From NCBI GenBank assembly GCA_030390025.1, contig CM059432.1, positions 77,748,001 through 77,812,000 on the forward strand: DNA of 64,000 bases, in the 5' to 3' direction. Below, piece after piece: positions 25,377 to 37,199 of the stretch (position 1 is the stretch's first letter; each line of letters starts with the position of its first letter). The stretch is from Squalus acanthias (lineage: Eukaryota). The notes below the pieces were generated by a model. The model was not told the origin of the DNA. It did not search any database and saw only the letters and a list, made by a program, of their open reading frames with translations. Made by a program: the position numbers and the translations under genes.

Positions 25377-25784
25377 TCTTTCTCTCTCCACGGATGCTGC
25401 CTGGTCTGCTGAGTTTTTCCAGCGTTTTCTGTTGTTATTTCTCACATTTATTACTAGGTGAAAAACACCATTTAATCAAGACCTAATGAAGAGACATGAA
25501 ACTCTCCAAACATTTCTCGTGCATTTTCACTGGACATGTTGAGGGTCTTGTTTTCTTCTAACTTTCAGAAATAACAAATCGAAGGACACATACTTAGCCT
25601 GTTGTCTAGAATAAACGGAGTTTAAACCAGATGTAAACACTAATGCAATGCGTGGGGTGAAGGGCCCGAGTCAAGCCTGACGATGTCTCAATACTCGGGA
25701 CGCAGCCCTCCGCCCGCAGGCCGCTTTATTGCAGAACTCCCCGTTCATCCCAGTTAACCTCCAACAGTCACGGCCTCGTCATAC

Positions 25785-25975
25785 CTTTAACACCCGACGC
25801 TTGTTTAACTCCTCGATTATAACCTGCGTTTACTGCTCCTCTGATCATTCACAGCCGCCAACAAATCCCATCCGCTTTAACCAGTCCAGTGACTCAATCA
25901 AACACTAACGATACCGATGCACTCCACAACTCCGCTCGCGTTCACCGAGCTTGCCCAGCGGCCCGGCCCTGCATA
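25785..25975 (-). other. ARMC1: Probable non-coding first exon of ARMC1 (start approximate)
   Basis: CpG-rich segment with a minus-strand donor AAAG|gtatga after 25785. The AUG exon has an acceptor, so an upstream exon must exist. Confidence 0.45.
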
Positions 25976-26259
25976 CTCCACTCCCTCAATCCCAGTTATG
26001 CCATTGGTTCATTTCCTCTCAAGCATTCCTGAGAGAATAGCCTATCGCACATCATGTTATTGCGTATAATTATCTGGCTCACCAGATTTTTTTTAAATAA
26101 AGGGAATCATATTAACTTAAACTGTATTAATTTTGAAAAATTGACTATAAAGTGTGTTTTAATGGTGTTGAATATATCCAGTCTGTGTTGAGAGGTATCT
26201 GAGTGTGCCGTGGGCGGTTGGGGCCGTGTCTGATTGGTGGGTTTGCCGGGCATGCGCCG

Positions 26260-26322
26260 GAAGCTGCTGTCGCGGGTCGCTCTGTGCCGGTTTGTGAGGT
26301 GCTCGAGCGCTCCAACTCCCAG
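26260..26322 (+). other. MTFR1: Probable non-coding first exon of MTFR1 (start approximate)
   Basis: Strong donor CCAG|gtgaga after 26322, just downstream of the CCAAT/NRF1/ETS cluster. Confidence 0.6.
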
Positions 26323-27909
26323 GTGAGAAACAGCGAGACCGGACCGGACCGGTGGCCACGGCTACGACTGACGGTGCCGGGTGTCCTGACTCGGGACAAA
26401 AAGAACGGGGGTTTATATGGAGCCCTTTTATCGAGAGTTCTGCTAATAACGAGGGAGAGCCCGCCCTGGTCGGTGGCTGTTTCGGTGCTAGCGGCCCCTC
26501 TCTCGGCCCGGGACGCGGGGCAGTGCTCTGCCTCCCTCTCTAATTATACAGTAACTGTTATTCATACGGCTGGCGGCAGGTCCAGGCTTCGTCTTGGCTG
26601 CTCCTGACACTGTCTGCAGGCCGGCGCTCCAGCTATTTGTCTGACCCGATGATTCATTCAATCTTACAAAGTTATTCCTTTTGCACATTTGGTTCTTGGT
26701 GATGGGAAAGGGTGGCACACAGTTATTTCTGTACGTTATGTAATTTTCTTTTTGCAGCTGGGCCGATCTATACATATGGTGAATATAATCTGCCAATTAC
26801 TAGTTAATATATCATAGGAATTGATCGGTCACATTATTTGGAAATGCAGGGTATCCCGTGTCTGCAAGGTTGTCAAAATATTTAGATATGTATTGGAAAA
26901 AGTGGCTTTTCTAAAATTGAAATTTGATTCCCGATTGCATTCAACAAACGTTATTGTAAGCGTCGATGTCGGCACAAATTGACATCTAGGTATTTACTAA
27001 TCCAACATTTGATGAAACGAGCATGATGGTCGTATTTAGTAAGGTGGAAAATAGGTGCTGCAAGTATCTTAAATGTTAAGCAGTGCATATTTCTTCGTTG
27101 GTCTGAGGATTTTTAATGAGTGAATTGATGTTCTATCTATACATTGGTAAAAACCATACATCTGTGTTCACTTGTCTCCAAACTTTACTCCCATTTGTCA
27201 TGTTCACATTTATAATGGAAATTGCCTATGTAAACCTGAAACTCCTAGAGGCACATTGATTGGGTTGAGTTGCTCAGTGATTTCCCCCCTCATATTTGCC
27301 TAATTAAAATCGGGCAGTTGCATAATGGAAAATTGTGGCATGAACTGCATCATCAGACAGGCTTGCTGTTTCCAAAATTTAAGAATCCTCTGTTAATGGC
27401 ATTTACTGCATTTGAACCTTATGTAATTTTTTTGTATAATTTTTCTATGTTACTGATTACTTTGTGAGGAGATTAATAGTTATTATGCATACTAAAACAG
27501 CTGAATTAAGGTTCCAATGTAAAGGAGGAGAGAGATGTGCAACATAACTTTCTAAATTGGTTATGGCCCAAAGAAACTAAATGCCATGGTTTGTGACTGG
27601 TTGTTAAGGCAATTGATTACATTATACTTTTTTTTTGTTTAGATTGCACATCTCAAGATACACTCAATGATGTGTGTGATATTGCTTAGTTCTTTGCATT
27701 CTGGGTGATCTGCACATATTCTGTTACAAATTCTCTCAGAGCAACTGTAACTAGCCCTAACTATGACAATTTCTTGTGCATCTAAGCTAGAACTGGTAAA
27801 TTCTGAGCACTACACAGTGTTAACAAGGTACAAATGCATAAAAACAGGTAGCATATGTTGAGAAATTTGAGTTTTAAATGCTTTTTAAAAATTTTATAAA
27901 GAAAAGTCA

Positions 27910-28285
27910 TCTTAGTGAACATCCATAAATTCTGAAGGGGCTTGACAGGGTAGATGCTGGGAGGATGTTTCCCCTGGCTGGGGAGTCGAGAACTTGAGCT
28001 ACAGTCTCAGAATAAGGGGTCAGCCATTTAGGACTGAGATGAGAAATTTCTTCACTCAGGGTTGTGAATCTTTGGAATTTCTACCCCAGAAGGCTGTGGA
28101 TGCTCAGTTGTTGAGTATATTCAAGACAGAGATCAATAGATTTTTGGATACTAAGGGACTCGAGGGATATGAGGATTAGGCGGGAAAGTGGAGTTGAGGT
28201 AGAAGATCAGCCATGATATTATTGAATGGTAGAGCAGGCTCGAAGGGCCAAATGGCCTACTCCTGCTCCTATTTCTTACGTTCTT
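27910..28285 (+). mobile_element. CR1 3' fragment
   Basis: Matches 19900-20275. Confidence 0.9.
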
Positions 28286-28827
28286 TTGTTATAGTGTGTG
28301 CAGATTCAGACTTGAGTGTAGAATATTCCAGAACAGGTTTTGTGAATGTTGAATGCTTCTATAGATGGCTTCATACTGAACCTCACTTTAATCTCATTTT
28401 TGTTTTAATGTACAGAGCATGATGCCAATTCTATAACTCCACAAATTAACAATCAAGTTACTTATTAAAAAATAAAGTATAGCACCACTGAAGCAGTTTC
28501 AGCTTGTATAGTGTTAATTGAATGTTAAGGTCCAAGCAATACCACTTTGTACTGATGCTACAGTTGTAGTGTGAATACATCTTCAGATTGATATTTTTTG
28601 CTCAGCTGTCAGTTTATACATTGTATAATAACTTTAATTTGTTTTAAGTTGAACCGTTTTATTATTGGTTGAAAATAAAATCGTAGTGAAGAATGTGTCT
28701 CAGGAAATTTTTTGAAAATTATATCCATGTCTGATTATATTATATTTTTCCTTCAGCTGAACTATGGGACTGTGTAAAGCTTCCAGCCTCCTATTAATGT
28801 GGATTGCAAAGCTGTGATGCAGCCCTA

Positions 28828-28893
28828 ATGTTTTTATTCCTCATTCAGATGATTAGGATGATGTTGGAATATGCTGGAGTAGACATGGATTCA
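28828..28893 (+). CDS. MTFR1: MTFR1 first coding exon (22 codons; exon starts 28757)
   Basis: Translates MFLFLIQMIRMMLEYAGVDMDS, which aligns to the MTFR1 N-terminus (LIRMV..VGVSMQS). Acceptor ttttccttcag; donor TCA|gtaagt. Confidence 0.85.
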
Positions 28894-29163
28894 GTAAGTT
28901 AAATACTTCTCTTGTTCTTGATGACTGTCGTCTTTTAAACTAACAAAGTATAAACTTGTCTCTAGGATTCCATAAGTAAACAAACTTTTATATAAGTAGC
29001 TCTGAATGCAAACTAAGGAACCAGGCATTAGAGAATCTGATGTGTTCCATACTGCCTGTCAGTGCATTTGTTGCTCTTGCACTTGTTGGTAATCTTATGG
29101 TCTTAAATCATACAGAGAATCTCTACAATTTGATTTGTCAGTAATTCAAACATTTAATTGTAG

Positions 29164-29361
<198 letters not shown>

Positions 29362-29937
29362 TAGTTGCGTCAGTGGTGTAAATAAAGAACTGATCCCTAA
29401 TGTAAAGATAAATGAGAAACTTGGAAGTTTTTTAAAAAACATTGTTGCATTGTGATAATGGTAGAATGCATTGGTAGCTGGTTTGTACCCATGATTCTCA
29501 ATGTAATTGGGAGGGAAAATCAGATTGGGTAATTCAGTTATTTTATTGGTTCTTGTGGCTAGCTCAAGAATATTATTGGCAGATGACGAGGAGAGAGGTG
29601 ACTGGTCTGTCCTCTTTGTCAGTGAGTGGTGGCGGAGGGAAATTAAGGGACTCAAAATGTGGTAGAAACATCCCTTTGGCCTCAGTTAATGTATTCAAGT
29701 ATTCAAATTATTTGCAGTTTTTTTGTAATACTGTACAACTGACTAGTTTTAAGTAATTGTGTTTCAGTGCTGACAAACAGATGTCTTTATTATGTGCAGC
29801 AGTTTAAAAAAAAAAAAAAAATTGTGTCGAGGAGAAATTTAATGTCAAAATTATCCAATCATTCCTTTAATTTTTTCTAATGTGACCTCTGGACCTATAC
29901 AAAAATACATGCTGTTACAGGGTTACTTATTACACTT

Positions 29938-30079
29938 GTGTCAGCTGTGGCTCAGTTGGTAGCATTCTCGCCTCTGAGTCAGAAGGTTGTGGGTTCAAGT
30001 CCCACTCCAGGAACTTGAGCACAGAAAGCTAGGCTGACACTCCAGTGCAGTGCTGAGGGAGTGCTGCACTGTCGGAGGT

Positions 30080-30110
<31 letters not shown>

Positions 30111-30415
30111 CCCTGTCTGCTCTCTCAGGCGGACGTAAAAGATCCCGTGGCACTATTTCGAAGAAGAGTAGGGGAGTTATCCCCGGTGTCCTGGCCAATA
30201 TTTCTCCCTCAACCAACATAACCAAAACAGATTATCTGGTCATTATGACATTGCTGTTTGTGGGAGCTTGCTGTGTGTGATTTTGGCTGCCGCGTTCCCC
30301 ACATTACAACAGTGACTCCACTTCAAAAAGTACTTCATTGGCTGTAAAGTGCTTTGAGACGTCCGGTGGTCGTGAAAGGCGCTACAGTATATAAATGCAA
30401 GTCTTTCTTTCTTTC
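29938..30415 (+). mobile_element. tRNA-derived Deu-domain SINE (SacSINE1-like), full length
   Basis: A box TGGCTCAGTTGG, B box GGTTCAAGTCC, central GGAGGTGCCGTCTTTCGGATGAGACG block, and a (TCTT)n tail. Confidence 0.85.
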
Positions 30416-32504
30416 AAAGGTGCAGTAAATTATGTATGTCACTAGAGGGAGCTGTATTTGTCATCTCATTACAAATAGATTGGTTCTATATCCAGCACCA
30501 TTATAATAAGGGATTTTTAGACTGGTAGTCTCAAAAGAAACTGGGTATATTATCTTCTGCTTGATAATGCTAGCAAAACAATTAGTGTGAATATAAATTG
30601 GAGTTTGTGCTCTGGGTTTGGCGTCACAAGGTCAGTCAGAGAAACTTGTTTTGCAGTATTCTAAATTGGTAAAAGTGGATGTAGGAGAAGTTGTCTTCCA
30701 ATAATAGTTGTGCACAGCCTTGAAATGGGAAATTGCTTTAAATTTCAGGCCTACAATTTAAACATGTTCCTTCATTCAAGGTTTGTAATAGTTTTGTCTT
30801 TTTATCTTTTGAATGGCTTAACTTGTTCTCTCACTTAGTATCTTTTTTAAAGGTCTCTTGCCTGGGCCATTCATGGCTATAATGTGTAATAATAAGCTTC
30901 TGTTTGGAATCAGTGTGACACATTGGTTGTACATCCACAACTGTCATGTTCTTTATTGAATTTTAGAAAGTTGCAGTTTCTACCCCATCCACATATCCCA
31001 GCCAAAAAAAATACACCAATTCTCATAGGTGAACTCGGTAAAGATCTCAAACGCCTTCACTCTTGGATTTTGAACAGCCATTCTGACAGCAGAAATCTGC
31101 ATCTTTCCAGTTAGGCTGTTGAAAACTGCTAAATTTGCTTTTCTGCTATAAAAATGAAGCAATCAGTTTTGATCCCAAATCTAGCATTGACTGTTCTGAG
31201 TAGCTTGGGTGAAGAAATTTTAAAAACATTTGGAGGCCGATATTTCCAATATTTGTCTGTTGACCATTGATTTAATATTCAGAATAATCTCTACTATAAA
31301 TTGTCTAGAAAGTCCTTGAAAATAAGATCCCTACTGTTTGAAGAAAAGACAATAGTTAGTGGCCTTGGCATTTAGTTGATTATTGTGATTTTTGACTTAA
31401 CTATGAATCAAATAGTAGAAATTAACTTTTAATAAACCACCTACATTAAGTCATATATAACAGGACTTCAAAGACCTGGAATCGCTTTAAGGTGGTGCTA
31501 AGCATTGATGTCTTTTTTCAGTTTTTCCATTTTTTTTTTACACTATTTTGTTTGACATTTTCTGAGCCAGTATATTTACTGTATTGTAAGATGGTTATCA
31601 ATAACCTGGCACAAGTCTTCAGAAATACCTGAATGTCAACTGTGACTATTTTCTGCTCTTGCAAGTCTTTTTTTCCTCTTTATTCTCTCTTCTTTCTGAT
31701 AGCACTGTTCACGTTCCGATCGGACTGTGCAGTGTACCTGCTGCAGGTCAGTGCCCTATGATTGTTTAAAAATAAAAGCTTTACTAAAGATTTTGTTTGG
31801 AGTTGCATGCAAGAATTGTGTTTGATCTACTGTTACTTGGAACATAATGTTTGTATCCCTGCAATATGTGGTTCAGCTTGAATATTTGGATAGGAAAACA
31901 AAATGCTCTTTGAATTATTGTGAGTATGCACACAAGAGTTTTTAAGAGCCTGACCACAAAAACAATTCCAGATCACTCGATGGTGTTGCATGGTGAAGAC
32001 CCAGTGACTGACTGAGGTCTTCGGATTAGGATGTAAATTTGATGGGATTCTTTTTGAATGCCAAGTCCCCTATGTCCTATATGCTGGTAAAGGGAAGCTC
32101 TGAGATTGTGGGGAGCATCTGCCCAAGGACACAAAATCTACGGGGGAGGCGGCTCGCCCTTGGCTGTACTTAAGTATCTCACATTTAGTTAGTTTTGAAG
32201 TGGCATCAGCAGAGGTCTGGGCACAGGTTATCAATCTGTTCAATCGTCCAAGATGCTGAGTGCCCCATTGGAATATCCGAGAGAGAAAAATGCCTTTCTT
32301 AAAAAAAAAATACGAGGCACAAGACTTTTTGACCTTAAGAAATCTGAAAAACTAGTTTTAATTTCTCCTACTAATTGAAATTGACTTCATTGTGATTACT
32401 GTTTTAGCTGAAGCCTACATTATAATGTAGTTAGGAGGGTTAACTAGTTTCTTTTGAAAGTGTCAATTTAATGGTATGCATCTTTGTGTTTTGCAAGTAT
32501 GTTT

Positions 32505-33400
32505 ATTTTTAATTTATTCATGGGATGTGGGCATCGCTGGCAAGGCCAGCATTTATTACCCATCCCTGATTGACCTTGAGAAGGTGGTGGAGAAACAGCG
32601 ATATGTTTCCAAGTCAGGATGGTGTGTGACTTGGAGGCGAACTTGGTGGTGTTCCCATGCGCCTGCTGCCCTTGTCCTTCTAGGTGGTAGAGGTCGTGGG
32701 TTTGGGAGGTGCTGTCGAAGAAGCCTTGGTGAGTTGCTGCAGTGCATCTTGTAGATGGTACACACTGCAGCCATGGTGGTGGAGGGAGTGAATGTTTAAG
32801 GTGGTTGATGGGGTGCCCATCAAGCAGGCTGCTTTGTCCTGGATGGTGTTGAGCTTCTCGAGTGTTGTTGGAGCTGCACTCATCCAGGCAAGTGGCGAGT
32901 ATTCCATCACACTCCTGATTGTGCCTTGTAGATTGTGGAAAGGCTTTGGGGAGTCAAGAGGTGAGTCACTCGCCGCAGAATAGCCAGCCCATGACCTGCT
33001 CTTGTAGCCACAGTATTTATGTGGCTGGTCCAGTGAAGTTTCTGGTCAATGTTGACCCCCAGGGTGTTTGGTGGGGGGGGATTCAATTATGGTAATGCCA
33101 TTGAATGTCATGGGGCGGTGGTTAGACTCCCTCTTGTTGGAGATGCTCGTTGCCCGGCACTTGTGTGGTGCAAATATTACTTGCTGCTTATCAGCCAAAC
33201 CTGCATGTTGTCCAGAACTTGCTGCATGTGGGCATGGACTGCTTCATTATGTGAGGACTTGCGAATGGAACTGAACACTGTGTAATCATCAGCAAACATC
33301 CCCACTTCTGACCTTGTGATGGAAGGAAGCTCATTAATGAAGCAGCTGAAGATGGTTGGGCCTAGGACACTGCCCTGAGGAATTCCTGCAGCAATGTTCA
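32505..33400 (-). mobile_element. LINE 3' part, second CR1-clade family
   Basis: GIPQGSVLGPTIFSCFIN...MFADD on the minus strand; homologous to 40100-41090. Confidence 0.9.
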
Positions 33401-33454
33401 AAGTGGTGGAGGGAGTTTATAAGCCCAGTTATTGAGACCTGCAAAAAGAAAATG

Positions 33455-34400
33455 TAGTACAACTTTCATTTATATTGTGCTTTTAATATTAAAAAAAAGT
33501 TCCAAGGTGTTTCATGGAATAAGATGATGGACACTGAGTTATGAAAGGAGAGATTGAGAAGTGATCAAAATCTTGATGAATTTTGGGGAAGTGGCTAAAG
33601 GAGTGGAGAGAACCAATGAATAAATTCCGAAGGGCGGATCCCAGGCATATAAAAGCCTGGCTATCAATGGTGAGATGAAAGGGGGTGGGAAGTGCAAAAG
33701 GCTGGAGAATGGAGAGCTTCAAGATGTTCTGAAGGTAAAGTGGAGTGAGGCCGTGAAAGGACCTAAGGATTAATATTTTAAATTTACAGCATGGGGGTCA
33801 AGGAGCCGATCTAGGTCAATGAGGAAAGCAGAGATGGGTGTGCGAGAATTGTTGTGGGAAAGGATATATGAAGCAAACTTTTGGACACATTTCAGTTTAT
33901 GAAGGGTGGAGGATGGGAGGCCAACAAGGAGAATGCTGAAATAATTGAATATGAAGGTGACCAAGACATGTACGAGTGTTTCAGCAGCAGAGGGGTTTTG
34001 AGGTATGGGCAGAGGTGAGCGATATTTTGGAAGTAGTAAGTCATAGTGAGAGGATATGGGGTCTCAAACTCCACTCCAGGTCGAACAAGTCGTCAAGGTA
34101 TAAACATTCTGGTTCAGTCTGAGGCAGTAGCCAGGGAGGGGGATGGATTCAGTGGTAAAAGAACAAAGTTTGTGGTAGGGGCCAAATGTTGTGGCTTTGG
34201 TCTTCTCCGTGGTGAGCTGCAGGAAATTGTGACTCATCCTGGACAGGATATTAAACAAGCAACAAATAGTGCAGAGGCAGTCAAGGGCGATTGAGCGTTG
34301 GAGCAGGGTGTCCTTGGTGTACATGTGGAAGCTGACCCCATATCTGTGGATGATGTAGATAAGAAAGAGGTGGGGGCCAAGGATAGGTCCTTGGGGATAA
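33455..34400 (-). mobile_element. Degraded L2-like LINE
   Basis: PQGPILGPHLFLIY..YGVSFHMY and NFLQL..EKT remnants. Confidence 0.8.
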
Positions 34401-35458
34401 TGTAAGTTGTTTTCTAAGTAATTCTTCAAGTTGACATCTGAGTAACCCACGGGAGGAACCGGGTTAATTTATTTCCATTGCACAACCTTTGTTTATAATG
34501 CCTTGAATGTAAGACTTGTCCTAATTTTTACATTTGTTTTGGAAAGGGCAGAGGAAAATACAATGTTTTCAGCAAAATTAACTACATTTTGATAAACAAC
34601 TGAACCAGGGAACTTGAGTGTAAATGTTCTAGAAAGTAGGTGTTTGTAGCCTTTTATAATTTCTGAAGTGTGTTTGTATGAAAATAAATAATTCTGGAGT
34701 TTGTCTTTCATCGTAACAATGCAAGTTATTGTACCTTGAAATTGATTTTCATACCATTGAATAACTACCTGCAAATGTAGTAGTTCTCACTCCTTTCCAT
34801 ATCCTGTAATAGCCTTTTTAAAAAAAAATCCTTTTTTCTGTTTTAATATATACTTCTCATAGCCTTGCCATTTGCTCTGAAGTCTTGCACATCTGGGTTA
34901 TATTTTGTCTTTAATCTTTTTAATATGATGTAGCCATACAGTGATCATTGGAGCCTAACTCTTCACCCACTTTCACTTCTGGGAAACTGCAGAATTCTAA
35001 ATCTAATCTAGAATCTAGTGTAATGTCTGTTCTGCTTTGAATGATGAGCAGTTATTGATTACTTCTATGAAATTGTTAATACTTCCAACTTTCCCTTTTG
35101 GTTGCCTATGGCTTGTACAGATTACCTTGGAGATTGTGAATCTCCCCCACATTGTTCTTCCTTACTCAACTAAACATCCCAGGACTGCTGTTTGATAGCT
35201 GCCATTTACTTATTTTGTTGCTTCTAACTTCCATATTGCTTCTGTTTTTGTTCTATCCACCCTTTTGATGGCATTATAAATCCCATACCAATAGTGCCAC
35301 TCTTCTATCCAGCTTAATGGGTCTCTTTTTGCAAACCATCTGTACCTTATTATCTCCATCTAATATCTACTTTCTGCTGTGACTGTGATGCTAATCTAAT
35401 TAGCTTTCTATGCATTATATTTCTATCATCTCTAGTGCTTCTTACATTATTAAACTTT

Positions 35459-35614
35459 GGGGGTGATTTTCCGCAGTGGTTTTCCCAATCGTCCTCCATA
35501 ACTTCGGTGGAAGAGTTATGGAAAGCTGGGGAAAATGGCGTACACAATGTTTCCAGACTCTTTCGCTGAAGTTTTGGCAGACAATCGGGAGAATCCCTGT
35601 GGAAATTAACCCCC
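35459..35614. repeat. Palindromic mini-MITE
   Basis: Imperfect ~58-bp arms beginning GGGGGTGATTTTCC and ending GGAAATTAACCCCC. Confidence 0.7.
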
Positions 35615-35845
35615 TTTATTTCCTGCTGCCCAGATTATGAAATGAAGGAAAGGTACATAAAATTCAAATAATATTGAACTATAAAACAGGAAAATGCGGT
35701 TTTCTGAAGCTCTTTATACATTAGAACAACAGCCTGGAAATCACTGCAACGGCTACGATATTGGCGCCACTGTATTGACCCCACTTATTACGTGGTTAGT
35801 AAATAATTTTGATTGCCATTGAGTTTACATGAGCACATATCTAAT

Positions 35846-36955
35846 GGCCCAAAAATTCGGCTGAATGCGGGAGAGTACGAACTGTGTACTCTCGCGTATT
35901 CAGTCCCGAAGTGCCGGTTTCCTGCATGCACGGGAAACCGGCACTTCCGGTATGGCGAAGGGGGCGGTTCCTAAGTGAACCGCGTGCGCACTACAGGCTG
36001 TGCGCACGAAGCGCACTTAGGTTTTTTTTCAGGTTTCAACACGAAGGTAAGTATGGAAGATTTTACACATGAAGAAAGGAGGTGTAAGACCCCCTATTAA
36101 TAAGGTACAGGAAACTCTTTATTAACCGGGACCGGCGTGGTGCCGGTTAATCAAAAAGTCCGGATAATGGAGAGTTATATCTCCCAACGTATGAGAGCCC
36201 CGTACACATTGACATGCGCCTGCATTCGGAGCTCCGTCTCCCCGGGGACCGCCAGCTGACCATCTGTCGTGTCCGCTGCCTACCCGGGCTGCACATTCCC
36301 CTCCCAATCTACACGCTCCGATACAAGGCAAACGCCTCGGGGTTTTTTTTTAAGTTAATTTTAAACGAGAGATGAAGGAAAACCCCGGTTACCTACTCAA
36401 GAATTTTGCCGGTTAAGAGAGATTTCCGGATATTTGGGTGCCAGTTAATAAAGAGTTTCCTGTAAGTAGTTAATTAAGTATTATTTTAAATTTTTTTCAA
36501 CAGGTTTATTTTTTTAGAGACTTTAAAGAAAGGTAAGTTTATTTTTATAACTTTTAAAAAGAATTTAAATTTTTTCAAAAATGTAAATTTTCGTTTAAAG
36601 TGGTTAATTTATTTAACTATAGTTATTTTATTAATGTGATGGGTTTTTAAAAAAATTTATTTGAGGTTTAGCTGTTCTTTTGGGGGCAATTTGTATTCAT
36701 AGTTTTGACAATTCTCCTGTCAAATCTATGAATGAAAGATGGTGTGCTGCCATTGGCTCTCCATGGCCCACGTGATCCCAGAGGTCGCATCGAACTAACT
36801 GCGCCTCTGGGACACGCACACACTGTACGCCGGCACCAGGGAGAGGCCCAGGAGCTGAAGTTCATGTGGGCCCGAAACACAACGGCCGGCGCGGAGTGTG
36901 ATATCGCGGGGGATCCTTACCCCCGCGGCAAGCCTCCGAGTCAAATTTCTGGGCC
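35846..36955. mobile_element. Non-autonomous DNA element with GGCCCA(A/G)AAATT termini and AAT duplication (PIF/Harbinger-like, inferred)
   Basis: aat|GGCCCAAAAATTCGG ... AAATTTCTGGGCC|aat, with GC-rich hairpin ends and an AT-rich middle. Confidence 0.7.
36108..36462. mobile_element. Tc1/mariner-type MITE nested in 35846-36955
   Basis: 19-bp perfect TIR CAGGAAACTCTTTATTAAC with TA flanks; same ends as 14748-15145. Confidence 0.9.
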
Positions 36956-37199
36956 AATATATTAGTAGATTATGGTTATGATGGTGTTTACTACTGGCAG
37001 ATTGCAATATTTGTCCCCTCAAGTTTAGTTGCCTAAATTACAAAATTTTTGAGGTTTGTTCAATTATTTTAAAGTAAAAACCCATTTCGAGGACCATCTG
37101 TAACAGAACATTTAGCGATGCCCTAATGAGATTCTTAACAAATTGATTTGTCATTCAGGTTTGAATGTGTATTTAAAAGCCATTATAGCGTTATAGGCC

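Larger units (their letters stand above)
21963..25440 (+). mobile_element. Penelope-like retroelement, 5'-truncated, with an inverted copy of its 3' end
   Basis: The plus-strand frame has KPADKG, the RT motif RYIDD, a Cys-rich linker (CTRRRCNTC) and a GIY-YIG domain (NLVYCIRC..C..LYIGET). 21995-22801 is the reverse complement of 24646-25441. Flanking duplication CTCACATTTATT at 21951-21962 and 25441-25452. Confidence 0.95.
25650..26640. promoter_or_regulatory. CpG-rich bidirectional promoter region between ARMC1 and MTFR1
   Basis: CpG-dense, TE-free DNA in two lobes (~25650-25980 and ~26200-26640). ATTGG (CCAAT) boxes at 26003 and 26233, NRF1-like GGGCATGCGC at 26248-26257, ETS/GABP-like CCGGAAG at 26257-26263. 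Confidence 0.75.

Noticed and set aside
26145-26796. Several ORFs in the CpG-rich region
   Set aside because: Stop-poor GC-rich promoter and first-intron sequence; no recognisable protein.
29938-30010. tRNA gene
   Set aside because: A tRNA-like SINE head that continues into a SINE body; the same applies at 50354, 62700-62774 and 10-150.
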